Part shown: positions 16,560 to 26,400 of the stretch, piece after piece
How positions within the stretch are numbered: the stretch's first letter is position 1
Layout of the letters: each line of letters starts with the position of its first letter
From: Cenarchaeum sp.
GTDB lineage: Archaea > Thermoproteota > Nitrososphaeria > Nitrososphaerales > Nitrosopumilaceae
Reading direction: 5' to 3'
Length of the DNA stretch: 64,000 nucleotides
NCBI GenBank assembly: GCA_965242695.1
Contig: CBDESU010000001.1
Location: 928,001 to 992,000 of the forward strand
Made by a program: the position numbers and the translations under genes
The notes under the pieces: generated by a model
Seen by the model: the letters and a program-made list of their open reading frames with translations, nothing else
Databases searched by the model: none
What the model was told of the DNA's origin: nothing

Positions 16560-19403
16560 GTGCGGGCTAGGGGAAGGCGGCTAGGGGGCGCAGCCGCCCT
16601 GGCAGTCGCAGTCGCCGCGGCGGCCGCGCTTGCCGCTGTAGATGCAACGCCTGTGCCGGGCGCGCACGCGCAGGAAGATCCGTGCGGGGAGGACGCGGCC
16701 TGCACGGCCGTCGGCGTAGGGGTCCTCTTGGCGCGCGGCGAGGCGTTTGACGAGCAGAGGTGGGCGGCGTTCAGCGCGGCCGCTGGGAGGTTCAACGCGA
16801 TGCAGGACGGCCTGCCGGAAAGGGTGCTGATCAACCTGACGCGCCACGACCTGGTGCACGGCGCGGCGCACGAGGCGATATCGGCGGCGCACGGAGGAGG
16901 GACGGGGCCGCTGTACTATCTGGGGCCGACGTTCAGCAGCGACGTGGCCGGCGTGTCCGGATACGTTGCGGAGAATGGGCTCCTCGTCGTGAGCCCGTCG
17001 TCGTCGGCCGCATCGCTTGCGGTGCAGGGCGACGGCATCTACAGGACTACGGCGCCCGTCGACAGGGAGGCCGGCGCGATGGCCGGCCTGATCGTATCAG
17101 AGTCGGTGCGGGCCGTGGTGCCGGCCGCCCAGAACGGCGAGTTTGGGACCAGCACGCTGGAGACGATGAGCGCGGCCCTGGAGGCGGCCGGCATTGCGGT
17201 GGCGGATCCCGTGCGGTTTGACGCCCACGACATGGACACGTGGAGGGCCGCGCTGCCCTTGATCGACTCGGCGCTGGCGGCCGAGCCCGGGTCGGCCGTA
17301 CTGCTCGTGATCGGCTTTGAGACCGACTTTGGGGGCATGGCAACGGCGGCCGCCCAGTTCGAGTCGGCGGGGTCGGCAAGGTGGTTTGTTCCGAGCGGCG
17401 CTATCGATCCCGCGCTCGCGCTCGGGGGTATCGCGGCCGAGGCGGCGCGGGATACGCGCGCAACGACGCTTGTGATCGAGGATGCGGCAGGCGGCGCGGA
17501 TGCGAGGGCGGCGGTGCGCGCCGACATGGCCGCCGCGGGAATGAACGCCACGTCGTACGACTATTCGGCAAGCGATGCCGTGTTCGTACTGGGAGGGGCC
17601 GTGAGGCTTGCCGCCGAGGGGGGCGCCGACGCGTCTGCGCCGGCCGGCGCGGCGGCCGTACGGTCGAACATGCTCGCCGCCGCGCGCCTGCATGATGGTG
17701 CACTCGGCGACGTCAGGCTCGATGCGGCCGGCGACCTGAGCTCGCCCATATCGTACGGCGTCTGGTCGTTTGGGGACGGCGGGTGGGAGAGGATGGGGGC
17801 CGTTCAGGCCGACGATTCCTTCTGCACTGCGGGGATTGCGGGCTCGCCGGGGTGCACTGAAATGGGGATTGTTGCGCGGACGGGCTCGGCGGACGATGCG
17901 GCCGCGGCGGAGGCCGTACTGCTGGCCGTCGACGACTACAACTCGCGGCTGCAGGAGGGCGGCGCGCCGGCTCCTACCGCGCCGCCGTACATCGAGGCGC
18001 GCATACTTGGCATGAACGAGAGCGGGCCGAGCCCCGCCCGGGCCGCCATTGCGTCGGCGGCGGGGCCGGCGGCGTACGTAGGATCGCTGCCCGACGAGGA
18101 CTTGGCATCGCTGCGCGGTGCGGCGGCAGAGGCCGGCGCGCTCCTGTTCAGCGCCGCCTCTGCCGACCCGTCGCTGGCCGTACCCGGCGACGGCGTGTTC
18201 CGTCTGGCGGCCAAGCCGTCGGCTGCCGCGGCGGCGGCGCTTGCGGCAATGAGCAGCGACGGAGTCGGGACAATGGCCATCGTCGACGCGGGTGGCGGCA
18301 ACGGCGGGGCGGGCGCCATGGCGCTGTCCGACCTTGCCATGTCGTACGGAATTGATGCGGCCGGCGTCTTTGCGTACAGGGGAGAGGGCGGCGCGGCCGC
18401 GGCGGCAACGGCGGAGGATGTTGCGGCCGCACTGGCCGCCGAGGGGGACGGCCGGCCGCCGGATGCCCTGGCCGTCGCGATCGCCGGCGCTACGCCGGCA
18501 GACGTCGAGGCACTGGCGGCCGCAGCCGGCGCGAGCCCCACCTTGATATCAGCGCGGTGGTATGTAGTCGACGAGGGCGGGTATACGGCACTGCGGCCGG
18601 CGGGGCCGGCCCTGGCCGTCCTAGCAAGCGCGACAAACGTCTCTTCGGTGCACGCACAGTACGACAAGGCGGCAGGAGGCGGGGCGACCGGCCGCATCGC
18701 GTACGCCGTCGGGGATGCGGGCGCGCCGCCGTCCCTCTTGTACTCGTCGTACGATGCGGCCATGCTTGCGGCCGGCGCGCTTGGTACTCTGCCTGCCGGC
18801 AGCACGGCAGGCAACGCGTCGGCAGCCGCGGCCGCGGCGGCGACCGTCATACCGGCCGCGGCTATGTACCACGGCATTCTCGGCGACATTTCCCTCGACG
18901 CTGCCGGCGACCTGGCGCCGCCGTCCATGTACGTCCGCCGCGCCGCGCCGACGGTGCAGGGCGCAGGGTGGGCGGCGGCCGCCGGCATTCAGGTTCCGGC
19001 CCTGTGCAGCATGTCGATCGCGCGCGAGACGCTCGACTTTGGGGACATGCGCGCCGGCGACGTGTCGGGCGAGGCCAGGCAGACCATAGCCAACAGCGGG
19101 ACCGTGCCGTTCGCCCTGTCGGTGCATGCGTCGGGCTGGAGCGCGGGCGGGTCGCCAGTCCTGCCGGCCTCGGCCACCGAGTTCAGCGTTGGAGCCGGGT
19201 TTGCACCCCTGCCGGACGGGCCTGCAGCCGTCAGGGCCGGCGCGGGACAGGTCGCGCCGGGCGGGTCGCTGGACATCGACTACAGGCTCAACTTGGACTC
19301 GCAGCCGGCGGAGGAGGCGGCGGATGCAAAGGCGGCCGCCGGCCCTGCGGCCGGCATACGGATGATCCAGACCGTGTCGTACGAGATAGAGTGCCCGCAG
19401 TGA
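16560..19403 (+). CDS. Secreted protein with two type-1 periplasmic-binding (branched-chain amino-acid-binding-like) domains and a C-terminal beta domain
   Basis: It has a signal peptide. Domain motifs occur twice (YLGPTFSS...VVSPSSSAASLAVQGDGIYR / FSAASADPSLAVPGDGVFR; GALGDVRLDAAGDL / GILGDISLDAAGDL). No permease or ATPase genes are adjacent. Confidence 0.8.
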   Translation: MRARGRRLGGAAALAVAVAAAAALAAVDATPVPGAHAQEDPCGEDAACTAVGVGVLLARGEAFDEQRWAAFSAAAGRFNAMQDGLPERVLINLTRHDLVHGAAHEAISAAHGGGTGPLYYLGPTFSSDVAGVSGYVAENGLLVVSPSSSAASLAVQGDGIYRTTAPVDREAGAMAGLIVSESVRAVVPAAQNGEFGTSTLETMSAALEAAGIAVADPVRFDAHDMDTWRAALPLIDSALAAEPGSAVLLVIGFETDFGGMATAAAQFESAGSARWFVPSGAIDPALALGGIAAEAARDTRATTLVIEDAAGGADARAAVRADMAAAGMNATSYDYSASDAVFVLGGAVRLAAEGGADASAPAGAAAVRSNMLAAARLHDGALGDVRLDAAGDLSSPISYGVWSFGDGGWERMGAVQADDSFCTAGIAGSPGCTEMGIVARTGSADDAAAAEAVLLAVDDYNSRLQEGGAPAPTAPPYIEARILGMNESGPSPARAAIASAAGPAAYVGSLPDEDLASLRGAAAEAGALLFSAASADPSLAVPGDGVFRLAAKPSAAAAAALAAMSSDGVGTMAIVDAGGGNGGAGAMALSDLAMSYGIDAAGVFAYRGEGGAAAAATAEDVAAALAAEGDGRPPDALAVAIAGATPADVEALAAAAGASPTLISARWYVVDEGGYTALRPAGPALAVLASATNVSSVHAQYDKAAGGGATGRIAYAVGDAGAPPSLLYSSYDAAMLAAGALGTLPAGSTAGNASAAAAAAATVIPAAAMYHGILGDISLDAAGDLAPPSMYVRRAAPTVQGAGWAAAAGIQVPALCSMSIARETLDFGDMRAGDVSGEARQTIANSGTVPFALSVHASGWSAGGSPVLPASATEFSVGAGFAPLPDGPAAVRAGAGQVAPGGSLDIDYRLNLDSQPAEEAADAKAAAGPAAGIRMIQTVSYEIECPQ

Positions 19404-19519
19404 TGCGCCTCCGTCGTTGCCCCGAACCTGCCCGCCTGCTTGACCCGTCAATACCGCACCCCCTAGCCCGCCAGGGTTGCGGCGTGCAGATTTATACACC
19501 ATCAAGTGCGCCCTGCACC

Positions 19520-19657
19520 GTGAGCGAAAAGACGGAGAAAGATGGCGATCGCAAAAAGCCAAAGCGCGACAGGATGTTCACGGGCAGCCGCTCGTGGATA
19601 AAAAGCTCGGGTAACATGGAGTTTCCCGCCAAGTCGTGGTCCAAGGATGAAGACTAG
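19520..19657 (+). CDS. 45-aa peptide with one copy of the 38-aa cassette
   Basis: TTTATA at ~19491, GTG at 19520 and TAG at 19655. Translation: MSEKTEKDGDRKKPKRDRMFTGSRSWIKSSGNMEFPAKSWSKDED. Paralogous to 20012-20488. Confidence 0.6.
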   Translation: MSEKTEKDGDRKKPKRDRMFTGSRSWIKSSGNMEFPAKSWSKDED

Positions 19658-19789
19658 CGGGTGCGGTCGCTCAGCTTTGCACCGCATGCCATTTTTTGCA
19701 AGGCGTGAACACGGCTGTCTGTGGCAGCCTGCACGGGTGTCGACCTGCGCGGTGGGCAGCGGCGCAACATCGACGGGGTAGGATGCACA

Positions 19790-19960
19790 GCGGCGCGGCC
19801 GGCCGCATCGCAAGCGCCGTCGGGACACGGACGTACCGCCGTCCCTCTTGTATATATCGTACGATGCGGCCATGCCTGCGGCCGGCGCACTCGATGCATG
19901 GACGGCTGCTGGCACGGTGGTGGCGCAGCTACCGCCGCCGCGTTTTCCATGCTCACGGCG
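19790..19960 (+). pseudogene. Degraded copy of an internal part of the binding-protein gene
   Basis: ggccgcatcg...ccgccgtccctcttgta...cgtacgatgcggccatgc.tgcggccggcgc matches 18690-18780. Confidence 0.75.
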
Positions 19961-20011
19961 GCGAGGGCCGCGCCATGTGGATTTATTAAGCAACCACATG
20001 CGCCCTGGGTT

Positions 20012-20488
20012 GTGGGCGAAAAGAGCGCGGATGGCGATCGCGAGGAACCGAAGCGCGGCAGGATGTTCACGGGCAGTCGCCCGTGGATAGAGAGCTCGCG
20101 CGGCATGGAGTTTCCCGCCAAGTCGTGGTCCAAAGGGGACGAGGATGGCGATCGCGAGGAATCGAAGCGCGGCAGGATGTTCACGGGCAGTCGCCCGGCG
20201 TTAGAAAGTTCGCGCGGCATGGAGTTTCCCGCCAAGTCGTGGTCCAAAGGGGACGAGGATGGCGATCGCGAGGAATCGAAGCGCGGCAGGATGTTCACGG
20301 GGAGCCATCCGTATCTAGAAAGCTTGGGCAACAGGGAGTTTCCCGCCAAGTCGTGGTCCAAAGGGGACGAGGATGGCGATCGCGAGGAATCGAAGCGCGG
20401 CAGGATGTTTACGGGCAGTCGCCCGGCGTTAGAAAGCTCGCGCGGCATGGAGTTTCCCGCCAAGTCGTGGTCCAAGGATGATGACTAG
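20012..20488 (+). CDS. 158-aa repeat protein with four tandem 38-aa cassettes (possible multi-core peptide precursor)
   Basis: TTTATTAA at ~19982, GTG at 20012 and TAG at 20486. The unit is DGDREE(P/S)KRGRMFTGS-x10-EFPAKSWSK(G)DE. Confidence 0.65.
   Translation: MGEKSADGDREEPKRGRMFTGSRPWIESSRGMEFPAKSWSKGDEDGDREESKRGRMFTGSRPALESSRGMEFPAKSWSKGDEDGDREESKRGRMFTGSHPYLESLGNREFPAKSWSKGDEDGDREESKRGRMFTGSRPALESSRGMEFPAKSWSKDDD
20030..20485. repeat. 114-bp tandem repeat x4 (starts 20030, 20144, 20258, 20372), fifth copy at ~19541-19654
   Basis: Read directly. The flanks are near-identical and a ~30-bp centre varies. Confidence 0.95.
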
Positions 20489-20807
20489 CGGATGCGATCG
20501 TCCAGCTTTGCACCGCATGCCATTTTTTGCAAGGCGTGAACACGGCTATCCGTGGTAGCTTGTGCGGATGCCGATATGCACAGGGGGCGCTGGTGGAGAG
20601 GGCGGCGTTACTTGCCCTTGACAGCATGTTTGTATGTATGGCTTGCCGCATGCTTGCGAGGATCACATACGACATGGGCATTCCCCGCGTTGCGTCGCTG
20701 GCACTCTGCAAACTCCTAGCGGTGCGGACGTACGTAGTAGGGATCAAACCTGCGAAGCTTGGACTCGTCGGGGATGCGGCATGCCCTTTTGAGCATGCAA
20801 TCTTACC

Positions 20808-20985
20808 GGTGCATGCGTCGTGCTGGAGCGCGGCAGGCTCGACCGTCCTGCTGGCATCGGCCACCGAGATCAACGCAGGATCTGGGTTTGCGCCCCTGTC
20901 GGATGGGCCCGCCGCCGTCATGTCCGGCGTGGTCGAGTTTGCGTCGGGCGGCTGCTGGACATCAACTGCAGGCTCAACCCGGGAT
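20808..20985 (+). pseudogene. Degraded copy of the 3' end of the binding-protein gene
   Basis: VHASCWSAAGSTVLLASATEINAGSGFAPLSDGPAAV aligns with VHASGWSAGGSPVLPASATEFSVGAGFAPLPDGPAAV (19120-19295). It frameshifts before the LDIxxRLN segment. Confidence 0.8.
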
Positions 20986-21308
20986 TACCGTCGGCGGCGG
21001 CCCCGCGAGAGGGAGAGTGGGCGCATGCCAAGGACTCGCCTGGCCTTCTCGATGCGATCTATTCTATAGCCGCCCCGCCGCGCCGCCTCGACATCGGGTC
21101 GTGTGGCAGCGTGCGGACCGCGCCGGCGCGGCTTGGGCCGCGGTGCGAAGGCGCCCTGCAGGAATGCCCGGGCGCCGCCGAAGCGGCAGGGGTTCGGGCA
21201 GGTGTCGGCGGCGCCCCGACGCGTGGCCCAGGGCGATAGGCATGAATCTACCTCCCCTGCGTCTGCGGCATGCCAAATAGTTATAACTGCCGCCCGCGCG
21301 CCTGCCCC

Positions 21309-21557
21309 GTGTCCTACACGAAAGAGGATCTTCGGCAGATCTGGGAAAAGGCGCGACCCCCGCCGTCCAACTGGGACATGGCCGAATGGCGCATGGACGC
21401 ATTTCATGCGCTCATGAAGTGGAGCAAGTACGGCAAGAGGGCAGAGTACGGTTGGGAGGTCGATCGCATAGTTCCGCTGTACAAGGGAGGCGACAATGCC
21501 ATGGACAACCTCCGGCCCATGCACTGGATGAACCACGGGGCAAAGCACGAATGGTGA
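21309..21557 (+). CDS. Small HNH endonuclease-like protein (82 aa), catalytic His apparently replaced by Arg
   Basis: IWEKA...WRMDAF...YG...YGWEVDRIVPLYKGGDNAMDNLRPMHWMNH matches the WEIDHIxP..GG....NLRPLHWxN family. TTATAA at ~21281 and GTG at 21309. Confidence 0.75.
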   Translation: MSYTKEDLRQIWEKARPPPSNWDMAEWRMDAFHALMKWSKYGKRAEYGWEVDRIVPLYKGGDNAMDNLRPMHWMNHGAKHEW

Positions 21558-21820
21558 CTTGCCTGGCGATCTACGCCCCGCGCAACACAAGGACCTCTGC
21601 ATTCGGCACGACCGCCAATGAAGGGTATTATCCCGGTTTCAGTAGTGGTTACGGTGGCGCGGCGCGGTCGCACGGCGGACCTGGCACCTGCCGCATGCGC
21701 CGGACGGCGTGCGGCAACAACGGCACTCCGAACGGTCCTATGCGGCGCGCGTTTTGGGAGCGGGGGAAAATGGGGGTGAGTGGCCGCTTTTGCACGCTTT
21801 GCGCGCCTGCCGGCCGGCCG

Positions 21821-22966
21821 CTACGCCAACTCCTGCCGCCCGCGCGCCGGCGAAGATACGAGCTCGCCGACGAGCCGCCCAAACTCATCGGCCCCGACCG
21901 GCGGCATCCCCATGACCTGCAGGTTCTCGACCCCGTGCCCAGCCGACTTGTGCCCGACGAGCGCAGCAGTGACGCCCGGCGCCGACCTTACGAACTGTAT
22001 GGCCCTCGCGGCGGGGCTCTCGATGCCGAGGAACTCGGGCAGGACGCCGGGCGCTAGCAGGCGGCCCTGCATGAGCGGCGCGCTCGCAAACACGCCGATG
22101 CCGAGGCGCCGCGCCGCATCGAGGGCGCACATCTTCTCGCCCCCGACTTCCTGGCTGCGCCGCAACAGGGCCTCGTCGTAGTGGAGGTTGAAGGGCATCT
22201 GCACGAACGCAAGGCCATGCTCCTCGCCCTCGCCGCCGGCCGCCGCTGCGGCCGCCGCGGCCGCGTCGGCCATGGACAGGTGCTGCGCCGTGCCGGGCTC
22301 GGCCCGAAAGCACTCCCACGTGGCCATCCCGTAGAACGCGATGCGCCCCTGCCTGCGCTTTCGCTCGTACATCTCGAAGACGGATGCGAGCGCGTCCATG
22401 AACGCGCCGCGCTCCATGTCGCGGTACTGCCCCTCGACGGCGTTGTGGAGGTACAAGAGGTCGATGCACTCCAAGCCCGTGTTCGCAAGGCTCCTGTCCA
22501 GCTGGTCCTCCAGGAACCTGGCCGTCATGCAGTGGTACCCCGACGAGACGTCGCCCTCCTTTACGATGCCCCTGTCCGTGTAGTGCTCCTTGACCTGCTC
22601 CCAGAACCCGCCGGCCGCCTCGGCGTCGTGCGTCACGTACCCGTTCTTCGTCGAGACGAACATCGCCTCGCGCGGCGGGGCCCCCTCGGCGGCGGCCAAT
22701 GCGGCAAGGGCCCTGCCGACGGAGCGCTCGGCGCGCTGCGCGCGGTAGTTTATGGCAGTGTCGACGACGTTGACGCCGGCCACGGCGGTGGCCGACACGG
22801 CCGCCTCTACGGCGCGGTCGGTCTGTTCGTCGGCCTCGCCCAGGTACGTGCCGATCCCGACGTTCGAGAGGGTGAGCCCGCGCGCGTTCGAATAGTTGCG
22901 CGCGTCCGCCGGCGAGGCGTCGGCGAACGCGGCAGTCGCCTCGGGGGTGGCGCGACCTGCCAGCAT
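21821..22966 (-). CDS. Aldo/keto reductase
   Basis: Motifs LSNVGIGTYLG, GVNVVDTAINYRAQRAERSVG, STKNGY, IDLLYLHN, VQMPFN and ASAPLMQG. Start re-called at ATG 22966. Confidence 0.92.
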   Translation of the reverse strand: MLAGRATPEATAAFADASPADARNYSNARGLTLSNVGIGTYLGEADEQTDRAVEAAVSATAVAGVNVVDTAINYRAQRAERSVGRALAALAAAEGAPPREAMFVSTKNGYVTHDAEAAGGFWEQVKEHYTDRGIVKEGDVSSGYHCMTARFLEDQLDRSLANTGLECIDLLYLHNAVEGQYRDMERGAFMDALASVFEMYERKRRQGRIAFYGMATWECFRAEPGTAQHLSMADAAAAAAAAAGGEGEEHGLAFVQMPFNLHYDEALLRRSQEVGGEKMCALDAARRLGIGVFASAPLMQGRLLAPGVLPEFLGIESPAARAIQFVRSAPGVTAALVGHKSAGHGVENLQVMGMPPVGADEFGRLVGELVSSPARGRQELA

Positions 22967-23407
22967 GCGCGCGCGGCGGGGACGGGCGCTTTTAACTGTA
23001 GGGCGCGACCTGTGGGCGCGCATTGCCCCGCTACGACGCGGCGGGCGCCCTGCACAGGAGTGGCGAACCTCAGATCAAGCTCGCAAGGCGCAGCGCCGGC
23101 ACGGTGACAGTAGGACTGTGGCACCCCCACATGCAAGCCAGAATGCCGAACTCCACAGTCGCCATGTATACCAGGGATATTCCCTTGCGGCAGTTGCGCC
23201 TCGTCACAACGTACGCCAGTCAGAACCATGTTGTACTGGTGTCGTCACCGTGTCCCGCGGCGCTCGGGGCTACGTAGGGGATCCGGTACCACAGGCTGTC
23301 GCAATAGTTGGGCGGCCTGCGTAGTCGTCCACAGATCCCATAACACCTGTCGCTAAAATGTTGCATCTATATAGAAAAGGCTATTATACTAGAAGAAAAA
23401 ACGCGGC

Positions 23408-26400
23408 TTGTTGAGAGAGGTTCTGGTGAGCGATCTGGTGGAAAACCTGCTCGGTCCAAGGGGCGGGGCCGAGGAGGTGCTAGAAGGGACGCCTCTGGCC
23501 GAGTATATAACGGGCATACTTTCGCCTCCAGACACAAAAAAGGTGGATGATGACACTGGCGCCCGCGAGGGTAGCCTGTCTGAGATGGTCGCCGCTAGTC
23601 TGCAACGCCCCCGTGAACAGTACTATGCGGAGAGTGAAGAGGACGATGACGCAGACGACGAGATCAGCGTATCTCCTCAACTCTCACCGGTGCTAGACCC
23701 GAAGCAGACTCCACCGTCAATGGGAATCACATTTGCCGTGTCGTTTAAAGGAGAGCCCGAAGTGGACATATGCGCTACTTGGGGCAGGTACGCAGCCATT
23801 GCGGAAAACCCAGGACGGTGGAAGAGGGCGTCAAGGTACTATCTGACAAAATTTTCCGGCAAAGAGAACGTAATTTCCGTAGGGCCCGATGGCAAGGAGG
23901 TTGATAAGGGGAAGGGTGCCGAAATATCCCTGCACACGATGACCCGGAAGGGCGACAACGGAACCCTAATCATAAGCATCTACATGGTAAACCGCGTCGG
24001 TGCTCCTGCTGACGGAAGGGTGACTGCGGCCCACTGCATATTTCAACCTCAGATACGTATCATTTGCGGGGCAGGGACAAGGCTCAGTGCCGAGTACAGC
24101 ACAAGCACCGCACCAGGTGACGACGAAGAGAACGAGGTGCTGTACAGAAACAAACGATCCTTGGCAAGAGGTCACATGACCTCGGCCGTATGGAGGGTGC
24201 AGATCCGGAAGAGGAGTACAGTGGGAATGTCGACTTTCCCGAATGCGCCACGGCGCCGGGCTTTGCGTGGGCCGACGGGGCCGCAGTGCCCGGCCCCGTA
24301 CGACAGAAATTCTCGCCGTGCGACGCAAGGACTGAGTACATCCCAATGCACAACGTGCCGGCTCCCGACTTTTCTTGGCCAGCTCAGAACAGCCCCGAAC
24401 TGGATGCTGCGGTGTATGCGGAAGAGTTTGACCCCGTTTCCCTTCGCAGGCTCCTTGCTCCCTTTGACACGGAATACGGAGGGTGGATTGCGCGGCTTCG
24501 ATCCGCCCAGATCCCCAACGAGGAGGTAAAGAGTCGCATGATTGCCGCAGCCGAAGAGGTCCGCTCAAGGATCGCAAGTGGGATAGACCTGCTGTGCGAC
24601 AACGAAGATGCGCGCTTGTCGTTCTGCTTTGCAAGCAAAGCAATCGACCAGCAGGCGCGGTGGGCGGTAGGGGGGAAGGACATGGAAACTGGACCCGTGT
24701 CCGAGGCGGAAGGTGTCGTCGTGCCGCAGTCTACGGCGATAAGGGGCACGGGCGGCGGAATGAGGTTCAGGCCATTCCAAATTGCGTTCATACTCATGAG
24801 CGCGGAGTCCGTGCTGAAGCCAGATTCGAAGTACAGGAAGACTTGTGACCTCTTGTGGGTGCCGACAGGGGGCGGAAAGACCGAGGCGTACCTTTTCTTG
24901 GTCGCCATGGTTGCCGCATACCGCCGCCTCCGCGCGGCAAAAATCAAACTGGACAATATCCCCGGCGATGGAGTCTCGACGATCAGCAGGTACACACTGA
25001 GGCTACTGACGATACAGCAGTTTCGCAGGACGGTGTCGCTTTTTACTGCCATGGAGTTTCTGCGTGTAGACGGCCTCGGAGAGGATCGACCTGTGGGCTG
25101 GCGCCCGTCGTCCATGCGGAACGGCGGCGACTTTTTGTGGGGAACGGCGCAGTTCTCCGCTGGGCTGTGGGTGGGCAATACTGTGACTCCAAAGCGCCTG
25201 AGGGTCGGCGGATACAAGGGGCGGAGCCCTGGCGCCGTGGACTTTTTGGCAAATCCAGACTTGGTAACACAGCACACTGACCAAGGAGAGCCAGCACAGG
25301 TGCTGAACTGCCCTGCCTGCGACACGGTACTGGCCGTGCCCGACTCTGGGATTGCACACGAGGCCAACATTCACTACGTAATGCGTACGATCCCCGATGA
25401 GTGCGGCGCCGCACTTGCGGACGGTATTACGGTGGATAATCTGAAGGTGTCAGGAATAACAGTGACGCGTGGAAACGTGGACGGGACAGCCACCCTGTCT
25501 GCTAGGCTGGAGTCGGACTCGATCACGAGGGCCCACCTGGTTCGCTTTTACGGCGAAATTGAACGAAGGCTCAACAAGGCGGGCGCCCCGTTCATGCGAG
25601 CATTCGTACACCCTGCCCGTCCGGGATATTTCCTACGGACCTACACCAAGGCAAGGGGTGGTGACGAGCCTTACGACTTTCAAATTTTCTGCCCAAACCC
25701 GGAATGCCCACTTGCAGGGCGGCGCTGGGCATCGGGCACACCAACGGGGAGCACGCACGGCAGGCGTCCCGACCACGAATTCGCAGATGACACCGTATGT
25801 GGCACTCGAGCTCCCGACGGAAACCGCTTCACCGATATCATAGGTGCGTTTGCCGTAAGTCGACACATTGCAGATCGCATACCCGTACCCGCCTACACGG
25901 TGGACGATCAGGTGTACGGACAGCTTCCGACCATGATCGTGGGAACGGTAGACAAGTTCGCCAGAATCCCGTTTGAGCCGAAATCTGCAGCAATCTTTGG
26001 CAACGTTGAGTACCACCATTGCACAGCAGGATACCGCCTAGCGCTGGATGCCGATAAACGCATCCCTCGCGGCGTCGGCGTGGAGAAAAACTACATCAAG
26101 GTCAAGCCCATCGCGAAGCCGCGCCGCCCTGATCTGATCATACAAGACGAGGTCCACCTAGTGGACGGGCCGCTAGGTAGCATGTTCGGCATGTATGAAA
26201 CCGCCGTCGACGCGTTGTGTGGACATGGCGAATCTCCTGTGAAGTATGTCGCATCTACAGCTACGACGCGACGCTCGGGAGACCACGTGAGGGCGTTATT
26301 CGACAGAGATCTGTCAATATTTCCACCGATGGGACTGAATGCGGACGACCGGTTCTTTATAAGAGGCACTCCGATTCATCCTCTGGATGATGGCCGCCCC

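Noticed and set aside
19654-20475. Minus-strand reading of the 114-bp repeats (DHDLAGNSMPRELS...), which contains the DLAGN motif of the giant-protein repeats
   Set aside because: Only five residues match. The plus strand has a TATA box, start, stop and T-rich tail in both gene copies. It is not fully excluded, because third codon positions coincide in the two frames.
20030-20485. 114-bp repeats as a CRISPR array or DGR template/variable repeats
   Set aside because: The variable parts are homologous to each other, the changes are not adenine-specific, and I see no reverse transcriptase or cas gene in the window.
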